Origin: an uncultured bacterium
Lineage (GTDB): Bacteria; Actinomycetota; Acidimicrobiia; Spongiisociales; UBA5794
Length of the DNA: 64,000 bases
Direction of reading: 5' to 3'
Assembly (NCBI GenBank): GCA_963801165.1
Contig: CAWDDT010000010.1
Span: forward strand, 233,045-297,044
Shown: in pieces, positions 40,570 to 50,096 of the stretch
How positions within the stretch are numbered: position 1 is the first letter of the stretch
Layout of the letters: each line of letters begins with the position of its first letter
Position numbers and translations under genes: made by a program
Notes under the pieces: model-generated
Told to the model about the DNA's origin: nothing
Seen by the model: the letters and a program-made list of their open reading frames with translations, nothing else
Databases searched by the model: none

Positions 40570-41823
40570 TCAGGTGACGACAGTGCGGGCGTTGTCGTAG
40601 CGGAGGTGCGCTCCGTGTGCCACCAAATCGCAAATCCTGCCGACTGCGATTTCTAGCTCGGTGAATGTCGTGTACAGCGGGACGAGGCCAAACCGGATGT
40701 TGTCCGGATCGCGAAAGTCCGGGATGACCCTGCCGTGCTCGATCATGGCGCGGGTGATCCGCCAGCCATCGTCGTGACGTACGGCAATGTGCGAGCCACG
40801 ACGGCTGGCATCGCGGGGGCTCGTGAGCGTGAAACCGAGGTCGGTGAGACGGGCATCGACCAATTCTACGAAGTACTCGGTCAGGGCAACGGATTTCGCC
40901 CGGATGGTGTCGATCCCGGCTTCGAGCACAATGGGAAGGGCGGGCTCCAGAGCGGATAGCGACAGGATCGGCGCAGTCCCGGTGAGTAGGCGCCGGATGC
41001 CGGATTCGGGAGCAAACTCGAGGTCGAACGCAAATGGCTCCCGGTGCGCCCACCAGCCGGGAATGGGGTTGGTGAGGTCGTTGACGAGCGACGGGTGGGC
41101 GAACAGGAAAGCGGGCGAGCCGGGTCCGCCATTGAGGTACTTGTAGGTGCAGCCGACGGCCAGGTCGACGTGATCGTCGAGGAGCCGCAGCGGTACTGCG
41201 CCGACCGAGTGGCTGACATCCCACAGCACCAGCGCTCCGGCCGCGTGTACGGCGCGGGTCACCCGTTCCATGTCGTACATGTACCCCGACTTGAACGACA
41301 CGTGGGACAGCGAGACGAGGGCGACGTCGTCATCCAGCGCCGCCTCGATTTCGGTGACCGGACCATGGATGCCGTCGGTAGACCGAATAACCGTCACCCG
41401 GCGTCCGAGGATGTCCGCCACCGACTGGAGCAGGTAGTTGTCACTGGGGAAGTTGAGATCGTCCGTGAGGATGGTGGTGCGCCCCGGGCGAGCTTGCAGG
41501 GCGGCGAAAGCGAGTTTGAACAGTGAGGTCGAGGTGGAGTCGGAGAGGATCACGTTGCCGGCACCCGCACCTGCGATTTCAGCGATGGCGTCTCCGACGC
41601 GCTCCGATTGCTCCCACCATCGTCCCGGCCACGAGCGTATGAGATCCTCTCCCCACTCCTCGCGGATGACCCTCTCGAGGTGAGCAGGGGTGGTCGCGGG
41701 CAGCCTGCCGAGCGAGTTGCCGTCGAGGTAGATCACGTCCGGATCGGCGACCACAAAGCGTTGACGATGCTCGGCCAGCGGGTCGGCGGCGTCACGGGAT
41801 GCGGCTGTCTCTTTCGGGCTGAT
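40570..41823 (-). CDS. kynU: Kynureninase
   Basis: IYLDGNSLG, DVSHSVG, GCTYKYLNGGPG, RGSH; conserved DAADPL segment lies upstream of GTG 41754, implying an ATC start near 41823. Confidence 0.9.
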   Translation of the reverse strand: MSPKETAASRDAADPLAEHRQRFVVADPDVIYLDGNSLGRLPATTPAHLERVIREEWGEDLIRSWPGRWWEQSERVGDAIAEIAGAGAGNVILSDSTSTSLFKLAFAALQARPGRTTILTDDLNFPSDNYLLQSVADILGRRVTVIRSTDGIHGPVTEIEAALDDDVALVSLSHVSFKSGYMYDMERVTRAVHAAGALVLWDVSHSVGAVPLRLLDDHVDLAVGCTYKYLNGGPGSPAFLFAHPSLVNDLTNPIPGWWAHREPFAFDLEFAPESGIRRLLTGTAPILSLSALEPALPIVLEAGIDTIRAKSVALTEYFVELVDARLTDLGFTLTSPRDASRRGSHIAVRHDDGWRITRAMIEHGRVIPDFRDPDNIRFGLVPLYTTFTELEIAVGRICDLVAHGAHLRYDNARTVVT

Positions 41824-41979
41824 GATGTCTCCCGCGTTCGGCGCTGGTTGGGCGGTCGCGTTGGCCGCTGCTTTCGCCGAAGAGGCTACCCGGCGCCCCT
41901 AGTCGGCGCGAAACGTCCCTTGTTCGTAGACTGTCCCACCCCGACTACTTACAATCCGCAAAACGCTACGGAGGATCAC

Positions 41980-42504
41980 ATGAGCGACCAGGGCGGCGTG
42001 CACGACGAGAACCCTTTCGCAACGCCGAACGACCAGCGCGACCCGGCGCGACGCTTCCGCGGCCGTATGGCGGCACCCGTAACCGTTATCACTGCCGGTG
42101 CCGGCGAGCGTCGCACCGGTCTGACCGTCTCGTCTCTCGTGGTTGCCGAAGGCGAGCCTTCCCGGGTGTACTTCCTCCTCGGTTCGACGACCGACCTCTT
42201 CTATGTGTTGGAGAAGACGGGGAAGTTCGTGGTCCACGTGCTCGAGTCGGGCGATCAGGCCATCGCCGATGTGTTCGCCGGGTTGCGGCCGAGCCCTGGG
42301 GGGAAGTTCACCGACCTCGACATCGAGCAAACCGAGTGGGGGCCGGTGCTCAACGAGGTCAGGACCCGGGCGTTCTGCACGTTCGAAGGGGGTGACGAGG
42401 AGACCTTCTTCATTGTCGCCGAAGGGCGCGTCGACAAGATCGAGATTTCCGACATCACCGAGCCGCTCGTCTACTTCCGTGGCAGATACCGGAAGCTGGG
42501 CTGA
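41980..42504 (+). CDS. Flavin reductase family protein
   Basis: GGAGG SD, VTVITAG, GLTVSS, EPLVYFRGRY. Confidence 0.85.
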   Translation: MSDQGGVHDENPFATPNDQRDPARRFRGRMAAPVTVITAGAGERRTGLTVSSLVVAEGEPSRVYFLLGSTTDLFYVLEKTGKFVVHVLESGDQAIADVFAGLRPSPGGKFTDLDIEQTEWGPVLNEVRTRAFCTFEGGDEETFFIVAEGRVDKIEISDITEPLVYFRGRYRKLG

Positions 42505-42550
42505 CCTGAGCGTCCAAAACCAACCCGGACCGGTGGATAGACTCGGTGCG

Positions 42551-43870
42551 ATGTCCAACGCCCCGAAGATCTGGCTGACCACGCTCGGCTGTGCGAAGAA
42601 CCAGGTCGATTCCGACAAGGTGGCCGGAGTGCTTCACGACGCCGGCTATCAGGACGCCGACGCACCGGAGATCGCCGATGTGGTGATGGTCAACACCTGC
42701 GCGTTCATCGAGCCTGCGCGCGCCGAGTCGATCAACACCGTGCTCGCCATGGCCGACGTGAAGCGTCCCGACGCCAAACTCGTTGTGCTCGGTTGCATGG
42801 CCCAGAGATATGAGCAGGAGTTGGTCGCCGCCCTCCCCGAGGCCGACGCCGTCATCGGTCTCGACCGGTATGCAGAGATCGTCGGGCGTCTCGACCACCT
42901 GACGAGTTGGCAGCCGATTGAGATTCGCCCGGTGCGCCGCAGTCCGATGGACATCTTGTTCGAGACCCGCAGGCCCACCCCTACGACGCCATATGCGTAC
43001 GTGAAGGTGGCCGAAGGGTGCGACAAGCTGTGCACGTTCTGTGCGATCCCACAGTTCCGGGGCAAGCAACGGTCGCGCAGCCCGGAGAACATTTATGAGG
43101 AGATCGCCGTGTTGACCGGGGCCGGGGTAGGAGAGGTTGTGCTGGTGGCCCAGGACCTTGCTGCCTACGGTCGGGACGCCGGTATCGACGGTGGGCTCGT
43201 AGAGCTCGTCAGAAACGCGGCCGCCATCGAGGGCCTGCGGCGTCTGCGCCTCTATTACCTGTATCCCCGAGAGATCCGGCCGGAGTTGATCGACGTCATG
43301 ACTTCGCTGCCCAATGTCGTCGACTATTTCGATCTGTCGCTCCAGCACGTTGCACCGCATCTGCTGCGCGACATGAAGCGCCCGGGGAGTGGCGAGGCCC
43401 ATCTCGAGCTGATCGAGGCAATCCGTCGCCGGGCCCCGCACGCCGCGCTCCGCTCCAGCTTCATCATCGGATTTCCCGGTGAGACGGACGACGATGTGGA
43501 AGAGTTGGAAGCCTTTCTGCAGGCCGCCCGGCTCGACTGGGTGGGGCTCTTTCCCTTCTCACCGGAGGAGGGGACACCGGCGGCGCTGCTACCGGACCAG
43601 GTGGACGAGGAAACTGCCATGGAACGTCTCCGCTACGTGCAGCAGGCCCAGGACGACATCACGCATTCCAGGAACGCCGCCCGGGTTGGCAGCCGCGTCG
43701 AGGTCGTGGTCGATCAGGTCGAGGAAGGTCAGCCGGTTGCTCGCAGTTACCGCCAGGCGCCCGAGATCGACGGGGTGATCCTGCTCGATCGTGGCGGGCC
43801 CGGTGACTGGTTGATGGCGGAGATCGTCGGTGCCTTCGGTACCGATTTGGAGGCGGTGGTGGTGGGATGA
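42551..43870 (+). CDS. rimO: Ribosomal protein S12 methylthiotransferase
   Basis: LGCAKNQVDS, CDKLCTFCAIP, APEIDG. Confidence 0.95.
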   Translation: MSNAPKIWLTTLGCAKNQVDSDKVAGVLHDAGYQDADAPEIADVVMVNTCAFIEPARAESINTVLAMADVKRPDAKLVVLGCMAQRYEQELVAALPEADAVIGLDRYAEIVGRLDHLTSWQPIEIRPVRRSPMDILFETRRPTPTTPYAYVKVAEGCDKLCTFCAIPQFRGKQRSRSPENIYEEIAVLTGAGVGEVVLVAQDLAAYGRDAGIDGGLVELVRNAAAIEGLRRLRLYYLYPREIRPELIDVMTSLPNVVDYFDLSLQHVAPHLLRDMKRPGSGEAHLELIEAIRRRAPHAALRSSFIIGFPGETDDDVEELEAFLQAARLDWVGLFPFSPEEGTPAALLPDQVDEETAMERLRYVQQAQDDITHSRNAARVGSRVEVVVDQVEEGQPVARSYRQAPEIDGVILLDRGGPGDWLMAEIVGAFGTDLEAVVVG

Positions 43871-45132
43871 TCGTCGAGGTGATCGCGGTAGGGACCGAGC
43901 TGCTCTACGGGCAGACGGTCAACACGAACGCAGCGGAGATCGGGGTACGCCTGGCCGAAGCGGGTCTGGAGCACCAGCACTCGTCGGTGGTCGGGGATCA
44001 TCCCGGTCGGATGGAAGATGCGATCACCCTGGCCATGTCACGGGCCGGCGCCGTGATCGTGACCGGCGGTCTCGGACCCACCCAGGACGACATCACCCGG
44101 GAGGCCATCGCCGCCGCCACCGGGCGCAAGCTCCTTTATAGCGAGGAATACGCCGAGCGGTTGCGGCGATGGTGGGAGAGCCGCGGCCGGGAGATGCCGG
44201 AGTCGAACCTGAAGCAGGCGGAGTATCCCGACGGGGCCGACCTGCTGATCAACCCGAAGGGGACGGCCCCGGGTTTACGTCTGGTCCACGACGGGGTCCT
44301 CATCTACGCCGCGCCCGGTGTTCCCGCCGAGCTCGAGGACCTTCTCGACCGCTACATCGTCCCGGATCTGCTGGAGCGCTCCGACTCGCGGGTCGTGTTG
44401 AACCGGGTGCTGCGCACGTACGGAGAGTCGGAGTCGATGCTCGGGGAGCGGGTTGCCGACTTGTACTCAGACGGCAATCCGTCGATGGCATTTCTGGCGT
44501 CGGCCGCCGAGATCAAGATTCGGCTGACCGCCAAGGCAGCGACCCGCGACGAGGCCGAGGCGATGGTGGCCCCAATCGAGGCCGAGATCCGGCAACGGCT
44601 GGGCAAGCTCATCTTCGGAACCGACGACGAGACGATCGAGAAGATCCTCTTGCGATTGGCAGAGGAAACCGGTTGGTCCCTGGCCACGGCAGAATCTGCG
44701 ACTGGTGGCATGGTGGCGGCGCGCATCACCTCCGTTCCGGGGGCGTCTGCGTTCTTCAGGGGCTCTGTTGTGGCATACAGCACGGACGTGAAGCGGGATG
44801 TGCTCGGGGTCCCGGCCGGGATGATCGAGGAGCATGGTGTCGTCAGCGTGCCGGTCGCCATCGCCATGGCGGAGGGTGTGGCCCGGGTACTCGGCGCCGA
44901 CGTGGCAGTGGCCGTCACCGGATCGGCAGGTCCGGAACCCCAGGGGCGCCCGGTGGGGACGATGGTGATCGGGGTGCGCACGCCCGAGAAAGCTATGGCG
45001 CGTACTGTGTCACTCCCTGGTGACCGGGAGCGGATCCGCACCTATACGGCCACCGGTGCGTTGCAGCTGGCGCGGCTGGCAATGACGGGGGAGTGGTGGC
45101 ACGGGGAGCCCCGCTCCGGACGCTGGATCTGA
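43867..45132 (+). CDS. cinA: Competence/damage-inducible protein CinA
   Basis: GTELLYG, GGLGPTQDDIT, AESATGG, GASAFFRG. Confidence 0.9.
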   Translation: MIVEVIAVGTELLYGQTVNTNAAEIGVRLAEAGLEHQHSSVVGDHPGRMEDAITLAMSRAGAVIVTGGLGPTQDDITREAIAAATGRKLLYSEEYAERLRRWWESRGREMPESNLKQAEYPDGADLLINPKGTAPGLRLVHDGVLIYAAPGVPAELEDLLDRYIVPDLLERSDSRVVLNRVLRTYGESESMLGERVADLYSDGNPSMAFLASAAEIKIRLTAKAATRDEAEAMVAPIEAEIRQRLGKLIFGTDDETIEKILLRLAEETGWSLATAESATGGMVAARITSVPGASAFFRGSVVAYSTDVKRDVLGVPAGMIEEHGVVSVPVAIAMAEGVARVLGADVAVAVTGSAGPEPQGRPVGTMVIGVRTPEKAMARTVSLPGDRERIRTYTATGALQLARLAMTGEWWHGEPRSGRWI

Positions 45133-45680
45133 TGCCGGAGCGGATGTTCCTGGCCGTAGCGATCGACAACGAAACCAGGTACGAATTGGCGGCGCATCTC
45201 GATGAGGCGCTCCAGGGGCGCCGGCTGCCGGGCAAGGTCAGCCCGTTCGACAATTGGCATTTGACGCTGCGGTTTCTCGGCAACACCACGACGGTGCAGG
45301 CCGAGCAGATCCTTGCTCACCTCGACGATCATCTGGCTGTAGAGCCGTTCCGGATGCGCTTCATCGGGCTCAGCGGCTTTCCCAGGGAGAGCAAGGCATC
45401 GGTGCTGTGGCTTGGCTGCGACGGTGACCTCGACTCGCTCGAGCTGGTTGCGGGTGAATGTGAGGCGGCGGCGGAGCGGGCCGGGTTCGAGCCGGAGGGC
45501 CGTCCCTTCCATCCCCACCTGACGTTGAGCCGGATCCGCCCTCCCGTCGACATTAGGGATCTGGTTGACCAGGTCGAGCCGTCGGGGGTGGCGACGACGG
45601 TCTCGGCGGTGACCCTGTACCGGTCGATCCTGGGTAGTGGGCCGGCCCGCTACGAGGTTGTGGATTCCGTTGAGCTGTGA
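45132..45680 (+). CDS. thpR: RNA 2',3'-cyclic phosphodiesterase
   Basis: Two HLTL motifs. Confidence 0.9.
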   Translation: MPERMFLAVAIDNETRYELAAHLDEALQGRRLPGKVSPFDNWHLTLRFLGNTTTVQAEQILAHLDDHLAVEPFRMRFIGLSGFPRESKASVLWLGCDGDLDSLELVAGECEAAAERAGFEPEGRPFHPHLTLSRIRPPVDIRDLVDQVEPSGVATTVSAVTLYRSILGSGPARYEVVDSVEL

Positions 45681-45703
45681 TTATGTCGCTAAACACTGGA
45701 CAC

Positions 45704-45717
45704 CGAACGTCTGTTCG
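45704..45717. promoter_or_regulatory. LexA SOS box upstream of recA
   Basis: CGAAC-GTCT-GTTCG. Confidence 0.9.
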
Positions 45718-45758
45718 CCTAGTGTTCTGCGTGCAAAGCGATTACATGCTTGTAGTTA

Positions 45759-45780
45759 TGTCCCAGGCGGCGTATAGGTT
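45759..45780 (+). promoter_or_regulatory. PafBC/RecA-NDp-type promoter of recA
   Basis: TGTCCC-N10-TAGGTT. Confidence 0.6.
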
Positions 45781-45830
45781 GGCTGAAGTGGATGGAATCG
45801 ACTACTCACAACCAACCGAAGGGAGCTCCA

Positions 45831-46880
45831 GTGGAGTCTGACAAGAATCTCGAAATGGCGATGGCTCAGATCGAGCGGCAGTTCGGCAAGGGCGCCATCA
45901 TGAAGCTGAGCGACGGCGCCGTGAGGAACGTCCGTGCGATCCCTACCGGGGCTCTATCGCTAGACCTGGCGCTCGGTATTGGTGGTGTGCCTCGGGGCCG
46001 GATCGTTGAGATATTCGGACCGGAGAGCTCGGGGAAAACGACCCTTGCGCTCCATGTGGTTGCCGAGGCGCAGCGCAACGGTGGAGTGGCGGCGTTCATC
46101 GACGCCGAGCACGCACTCGACCCGGTCTACGCCAAGGCGCTCGGGGTCGACGTCGACGAGTTGCTGATCTCGCAGCCGGATACAGGGGAGCAGGCGCTCG
46201 AGATCACCGACATGCTGATCCGCTCCGGAGCCCTCGACGTGGTTGTGATCGACTCGGTGGCGGCGCTGGTGCCTCGCGCCGAGTTGGAGGGCGACATGGG
46301 CGACACCCACGTCGGTCTCCAGGCCCGGCTCATGTCACAGGCGCTGCGCAAGTTGGCCGGGACGATCAACCGTTCCGACACGACCGCCGTCTTCATCAAC
46401 CAGCTGCGCGAGAAGATAGGTGTGATGTTCGGCTCACCTGAGACAACGCCGGGCGGTCGTGCGCTCAAGTTCTACGCCAGCGTGCGTATCGACGTGCGTC
46501 GCATCGAGTCGATCAAGCAGGGAACGGACAATGTGGGTAACCGGGTGCGGGCCAAGATCGTCAAGAACAAAGTCGCACCGCCGTTCCGGCTCGCCGAGTT
46601 CGACATCATGTTCGGTGAGGGTATCTCTCGGGAAGGCAGCCTTCTCGACGTCGCAGTCGAGCAGGGTGTGGTCAAGAAGGCGGGTGCCTGGTTCACCTAC
46701 GACGGAGACCAACTCGGTCAGGGTCGGGAGAAGGCCAAGCAGTTCCTGCGTGACAACCCGGAGATCGCCGTGCAGCTGGAGGATCGTGTCCTCCACGCCG
46801 TCGGCTTGCTCGGCGATAAGGAGGAGCTCGAGGTCGACGAGGAGACGGGTGAGATCCTGAACAAGAGCGACGGAGAGTGA
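45831..46880 (+). CDS. recA: Recombinase RecA
   Basis: [26 protein letters not shown]; GTG after GGGAG, alternative ATG at 45792. Confidence 0.98.
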   Translation: MESDKNLEMAMAQIERQFGKGAIMKLSDGAVRNVRAIPTGALSLDLALGIGGVPRGRIVEIFGPESSGKTTLALHVVAEAQRNGGVAAFIDAEHALDPVYAKALGVDVDELLISQPDTGEQALEITDMLIRSGALDVVVIDSVAALVPRAELEGDMGDTHVGLQARLMSQALRKLAGTINRSDTTAVFINQLREKIGVMFGSPETTPGGRALKFYASVRIDVRRIESIKQGTDNVGNRVRAKIVKNKVAPPFRLAEFDIMFGEGISREGSLLDVAVEQGVVKKAGAWFTYDGDQLGQGREKAKQFLRDNPEIAVQLEDRVLHAVGLLGDKEELEVDEETGEILNKSDGE

Positions 46881-46986
46881 CGCTTTCGAGGGGTATCGGG
46901 GTATCCGGATGGCAACTCCGCAAGTAATTCCGATAAATCTGGTTTTCGCGGTTCCGGTTGGTTGACGCGTGCTGTACGATCAGATT

Positions 46987-47140
46987 CAGACACACGCAAC
47001 TACTACATGAAACAACGGAATCCGGAGTGAGAGCCGATGGGATGGACTGCACGGAGGTGTCGCCAAGCGGCGACTGACTGAGATCACCTACGCGGGTTTG
47101 TCTCTTGGGCGGCGTGTGCCGAGTCATTTTGACTCGGCAT
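46987..47140 (+). ncRNA. Candidate structured leader or small RNA upstream of rny
   Basis: TACGAT at 46975; CACACGC pairs with GCGTGTG; internal hairpin; 10-bp hairpin 47117-47139. Confidence 0.35.
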
Positions 47141-47173
47141 CGTGCGTTCCGGGGGCCGAGAAACGGGGACGGC

Positions 47174-48703
47174 ATGGATTGGCTTATCGCTATGGCGGTG
47201 GCTCTGCCTGTTGCCCTGCTTGCCTTTCTGGGAGGACGTGAGCTACAGCGGCGCAGCACTTCGCGTACGAGTGCCTCGGCCGTAGACGCCCTTCGCGAGG
47301 CCCGGCTGGATGCGCAGCGCATCCTGTCTCGGGCCGAGGAGGAATCGCGCGCATTGGCAGAGAGCTACAGAGAGCGGGAGGAAGCGGCACTAGCGCACAG
47401 AGTGGTCGAGGCGGAGGCACTCGAGGAGCGTCTCGCTCAGCGGGAAGCGACTCTGGAGCAGAGAGCAACGAACCTGGCGCATCGTGAGGAGATGCTCATC
47501 GACAAGGAGCGGTCTCTGAGCGAGGCCCGGGGCGAGGCAGAATCGCTGCGCGAGGAGGCGCGGGGACATCTGGAGCGTATAGCCGGTTTCGACTCCCGCG
47601 CCGCCAAGCAAGAGCTTCTCAGGAAGGTCGAGGACGAAGCCAGGCGCGAGGCGATGGTCCTCGTCCGGGATTTGGAGATGAAGGCACGCGAGGAGGCGGA
47701 CCGCCGCGGTCGCCGCATCCTGGCAACGGCCGTGCAGCGGCTGGCCGCAGAGGTCGTGTCGGAGTCGACCGTCTCGGTAGTTCCGCTTCCCTCGGACGAC
47801 ATGAAAGGCCGGATCATCGGCCGAGACGGGCGCAATATCCGCACTTTCGAAGCTGTTACCGGAGTCAACCTCATCGTCGACGACACGCCAGAGGCGGTGT
47901 CGCTCTCCACGTTCGATCCGGTACGTCGCGAGACGGCGCGGCTCACGCTGCAACGGCTTGTCGAAGACGGCCGGATCCACCCGGCGTCGATCGAGGAGGC
48001 CTTCGAGAAGGCCCGCGCCGAGGTAGAGCAGTCCGTTCGGGATGCGGGTGAGTGGGCGATGCTCGAAGTTGGTGTAACCCGACTGCATCCCGAGCTGGTC
48101 ACGCTGCTCGGCCGTCTCAAATACCGAACCTCCTACGGCCAGAACGTGCTGAACCATCTCGTCGAGGCCGCCAACATCGCCGGTATGCTCGCTTCCGAGC
48201 TCGGCGTCGATGATGTCGAGGCACGACGCGCCGCATTCCTCCACGACATCGGCAAGGCCGTTTCCCACGAGGTGGGCGGATCGCACGCGATGATCGGTGC
48301 CGAAATCGCCCGTCGCTTCGGCGAGGACGCAGCCATCGCCCACGCCATCGAGTCGCATCACAATGAGGTCGAGCCTCGCACCCTCACCGCCGTTCTCGTG
48401 CAGGCGGCGGACGCAGTATCTGCGGCACGTCCCGGTGCCCGCCGGGAGGCTTTGGAGTCGTACGTGCGGAGGTTGGAACGTCTCGAGGAGATCGCATCCT
48501 CGTTCGAGGGCGTCGAGCGAGTGTTCGCCATGCAAGCGGGGCGTGAGGTGCGCATTGCTGTTGCTCCGAACCTGGTGGATGATCTCGCCGCCGGAGACCT
48601 GGCGCGGCGTATCGCGAGGCGTCTCGAGGAGGACCTGAGCTACCCGGGTCAGATCGAGGTGACCGTAATCCGCGAGTTCCGGGCAACGGACTACGCTCGC
48701 TAG
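47174..48703 (+). CDS. rny: Ribonuclease Y
   Basis: N-terminal TM helix, coiled coil, KGRIIGRDGRNIR, HDIGKA, SAARPGARRE. Confidence 0.95.
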   Translation: MDWLIAMAVALPVALLAFLGGRELQRRSTSRTSASAVDALREARLDAQRILSRAEEESRALAESYREREEAALAHRVVEAEALEERLAQREATLEQRATNLAHREEMLIDKERSLSEARGEAESLREEARGHLERIAGFDSRAAKQELLRKVEDEARREAMVLVRDLEMKAREEADRRGRRILATAVQRLAAEVVSESTVSVVPLPSDDMKGRIIGRDGRNIRTFEAVTGVNLIVDDTPEAVSLSTFDPVRRETARLTLQRLVEDGRIHPASIEEAFEKARAEVEQSVRDAGEWAMLEVGVTRLHPELVTLLGRLKYRTSYGQNVLNHLVEAANIAGMLASELGVDDVEARRAAFLHDIGKAVSHEVGGSHAMIGAEIARRFGEDAAIAHAIESHHNEVEPRTLTAVLVQAADAVSAARPGARREALESYVRRLERLEEIASSFEGVERVFAMQAGREVRIAVAPNLVDDLAAGDLARRIARRLEEDLSYPGQIEVTVIREFRATDYAR

Positions 48704-48731
48704 TTCCATGGCTGATATGACCGTCCTAGGG

Positions 48732-50096
48732 ATGCCAAGCGTCCGCACTCCGCGCCGGCCCACACGGACCGGTCTGACCTATCACGTGCGCACCTTCGGC
48801 TGCCAGATGAACGAGCACGACTCGGAGCGGATCAGCGGCCTGCTGGCCGCCGACGGCATGGTCGAGACGGAGCGCCTCGAGGACGCCGATGTGGTCGTGC
48901 TCAACACGTGCACGATTCGCGAGAACGCCGACAACAAGCTCTACGGGTTCCTGGGGACGCTGCGCTCCGTCAAGGGCGAGCACCCGGGGATGAAGATCCT
49001 CGTTGGCGGCTGTTCGGCGCAGAAGGACGGTGATCTCGTCCGGGAGCGGGCGGGCTGGGTCGATATCGTGTTTGGCACTCACAACGTCCACCGTGTCGTC
49101 GATCTGCTCGATCATGCCGACGAGTGGGGGCCGGTGACCGAGATCTGGGAAGAGACGGTTTCCGCCGACGATTTCCCGTCGTACCTGCCGGCCCGGCGCC
49201 GGACACCACACTCGGCGTGGGTGACCATCGCAATCGGTTGTGACAACTCCTGCACCTTCTGCATCGTCCCGACCGTCCGCGGCCGGGAGCTCAGCCGTCG
49301 TTTCGGCGACATCATCGGCGAGGTCAGAGCACTCGCCGCTGATGGTGTCAGCGAGGTCACCCTCCTTGGTCAGAACGTGAACTCGTACGGGCGTGATCTG
49401 GCGCTCAACGGTCGTAGGCCGGTGTTCGCCGATCTGTTGCGGCAGGTCGGAGCGATCCCGGGGATCAGAAGGGTCCGTTACACGAGCCCGCACCCGAAGG
49501 ACTTCCGTGAGGACGTCGCGCGCGCCATGGCCGAGACGCCGGCAGTGTGCGAGCAGCTCCACTTGCCGCTCCAGTCGGGGAGCGACCGGGTGCTGGCTGC
49601 GATGCACCGGGGTTACAACGCTGAGCGTTTCCTCGGCCGGTTGGACCTGGCGCGGAGGATCATTCCCGACCTGGCCGTTTCCACCGACATCATCGTCGGT
49701 TTTCCCGGTGAGACCGAGGACGACTTTGCGGCGACGATGGACGTGGTCGCGGCATCCCGGTTCGACCAGGCGTTCACGTTCCAATACTCTCCGCGCACCG
49801 GAACCCCTGCCGCCACCATGAAGGGTCAGATCGACAAGACGGTGGTACAGGAACGGTTCGATCGGCTGGTTGCTCTCCAGAACCAGATCTCCCTCGAGAA
49901 GAACGAGGAGGCAGTGGGCCGGATCGAGGAAGTGCTGGTAGAAGGCCCGTCGCGGAAGGATGCGAGCGTGGTGACGGCGCGTACCCGGGGCAACAAACCC
50001 GTCCATGCACCCGGTGTTCTCGACGCGGGTACATACTGTCACGTCGAAATCACGAGGGCCGCCCCACACCATTTGATGGGACGGGTGGTTTCCTGA
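48732..50096 (+). CDS. miaB: tRNA i6A37 methylthiotransferase
   Basis: TFGCQMNEHDSE, CDNSCTFCIVP, YSPRTGT. Confidence 0.95.
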   Translation: MPSVRTPRRPTRTGLTYHVRTFGCQMNEHDSERISGLLAADGMVETERLEDADVVVLNTCTIRENADNKLYGFLGTLRSVKGEHPGMKILVGGCSAQKDGDLVRERAGWVDIVFGTHNVHRVVDLLDHADEWGPVTEIWEETVSADDFPSYLPARRRTPHSAWVTIAIGCDNSCTFCIVPTVRGRELSRRFGDIIGEVRALAADGVSEVTLLGQNVNSYGRDLALNGRRPVFADLLRQVGAIPGIRRVRYTSPHPKDFREDVARAMAETPAVCEQLHLPLQSGSDRVLAAMHRGYNAERFLGRLDLARRIIPDLAVSTDIIVGFPGETEDDFAATMDVVAASRFDQAFTFQYSPRTGTPAATMKGQIDKTVVQERFDRLVALQNQISLEKNEEAVGRIEEVLVEGPSRKDASVVTARTRGNKPVHAPGVLDAGTYCHVEITRAAPHHLMGRVVS

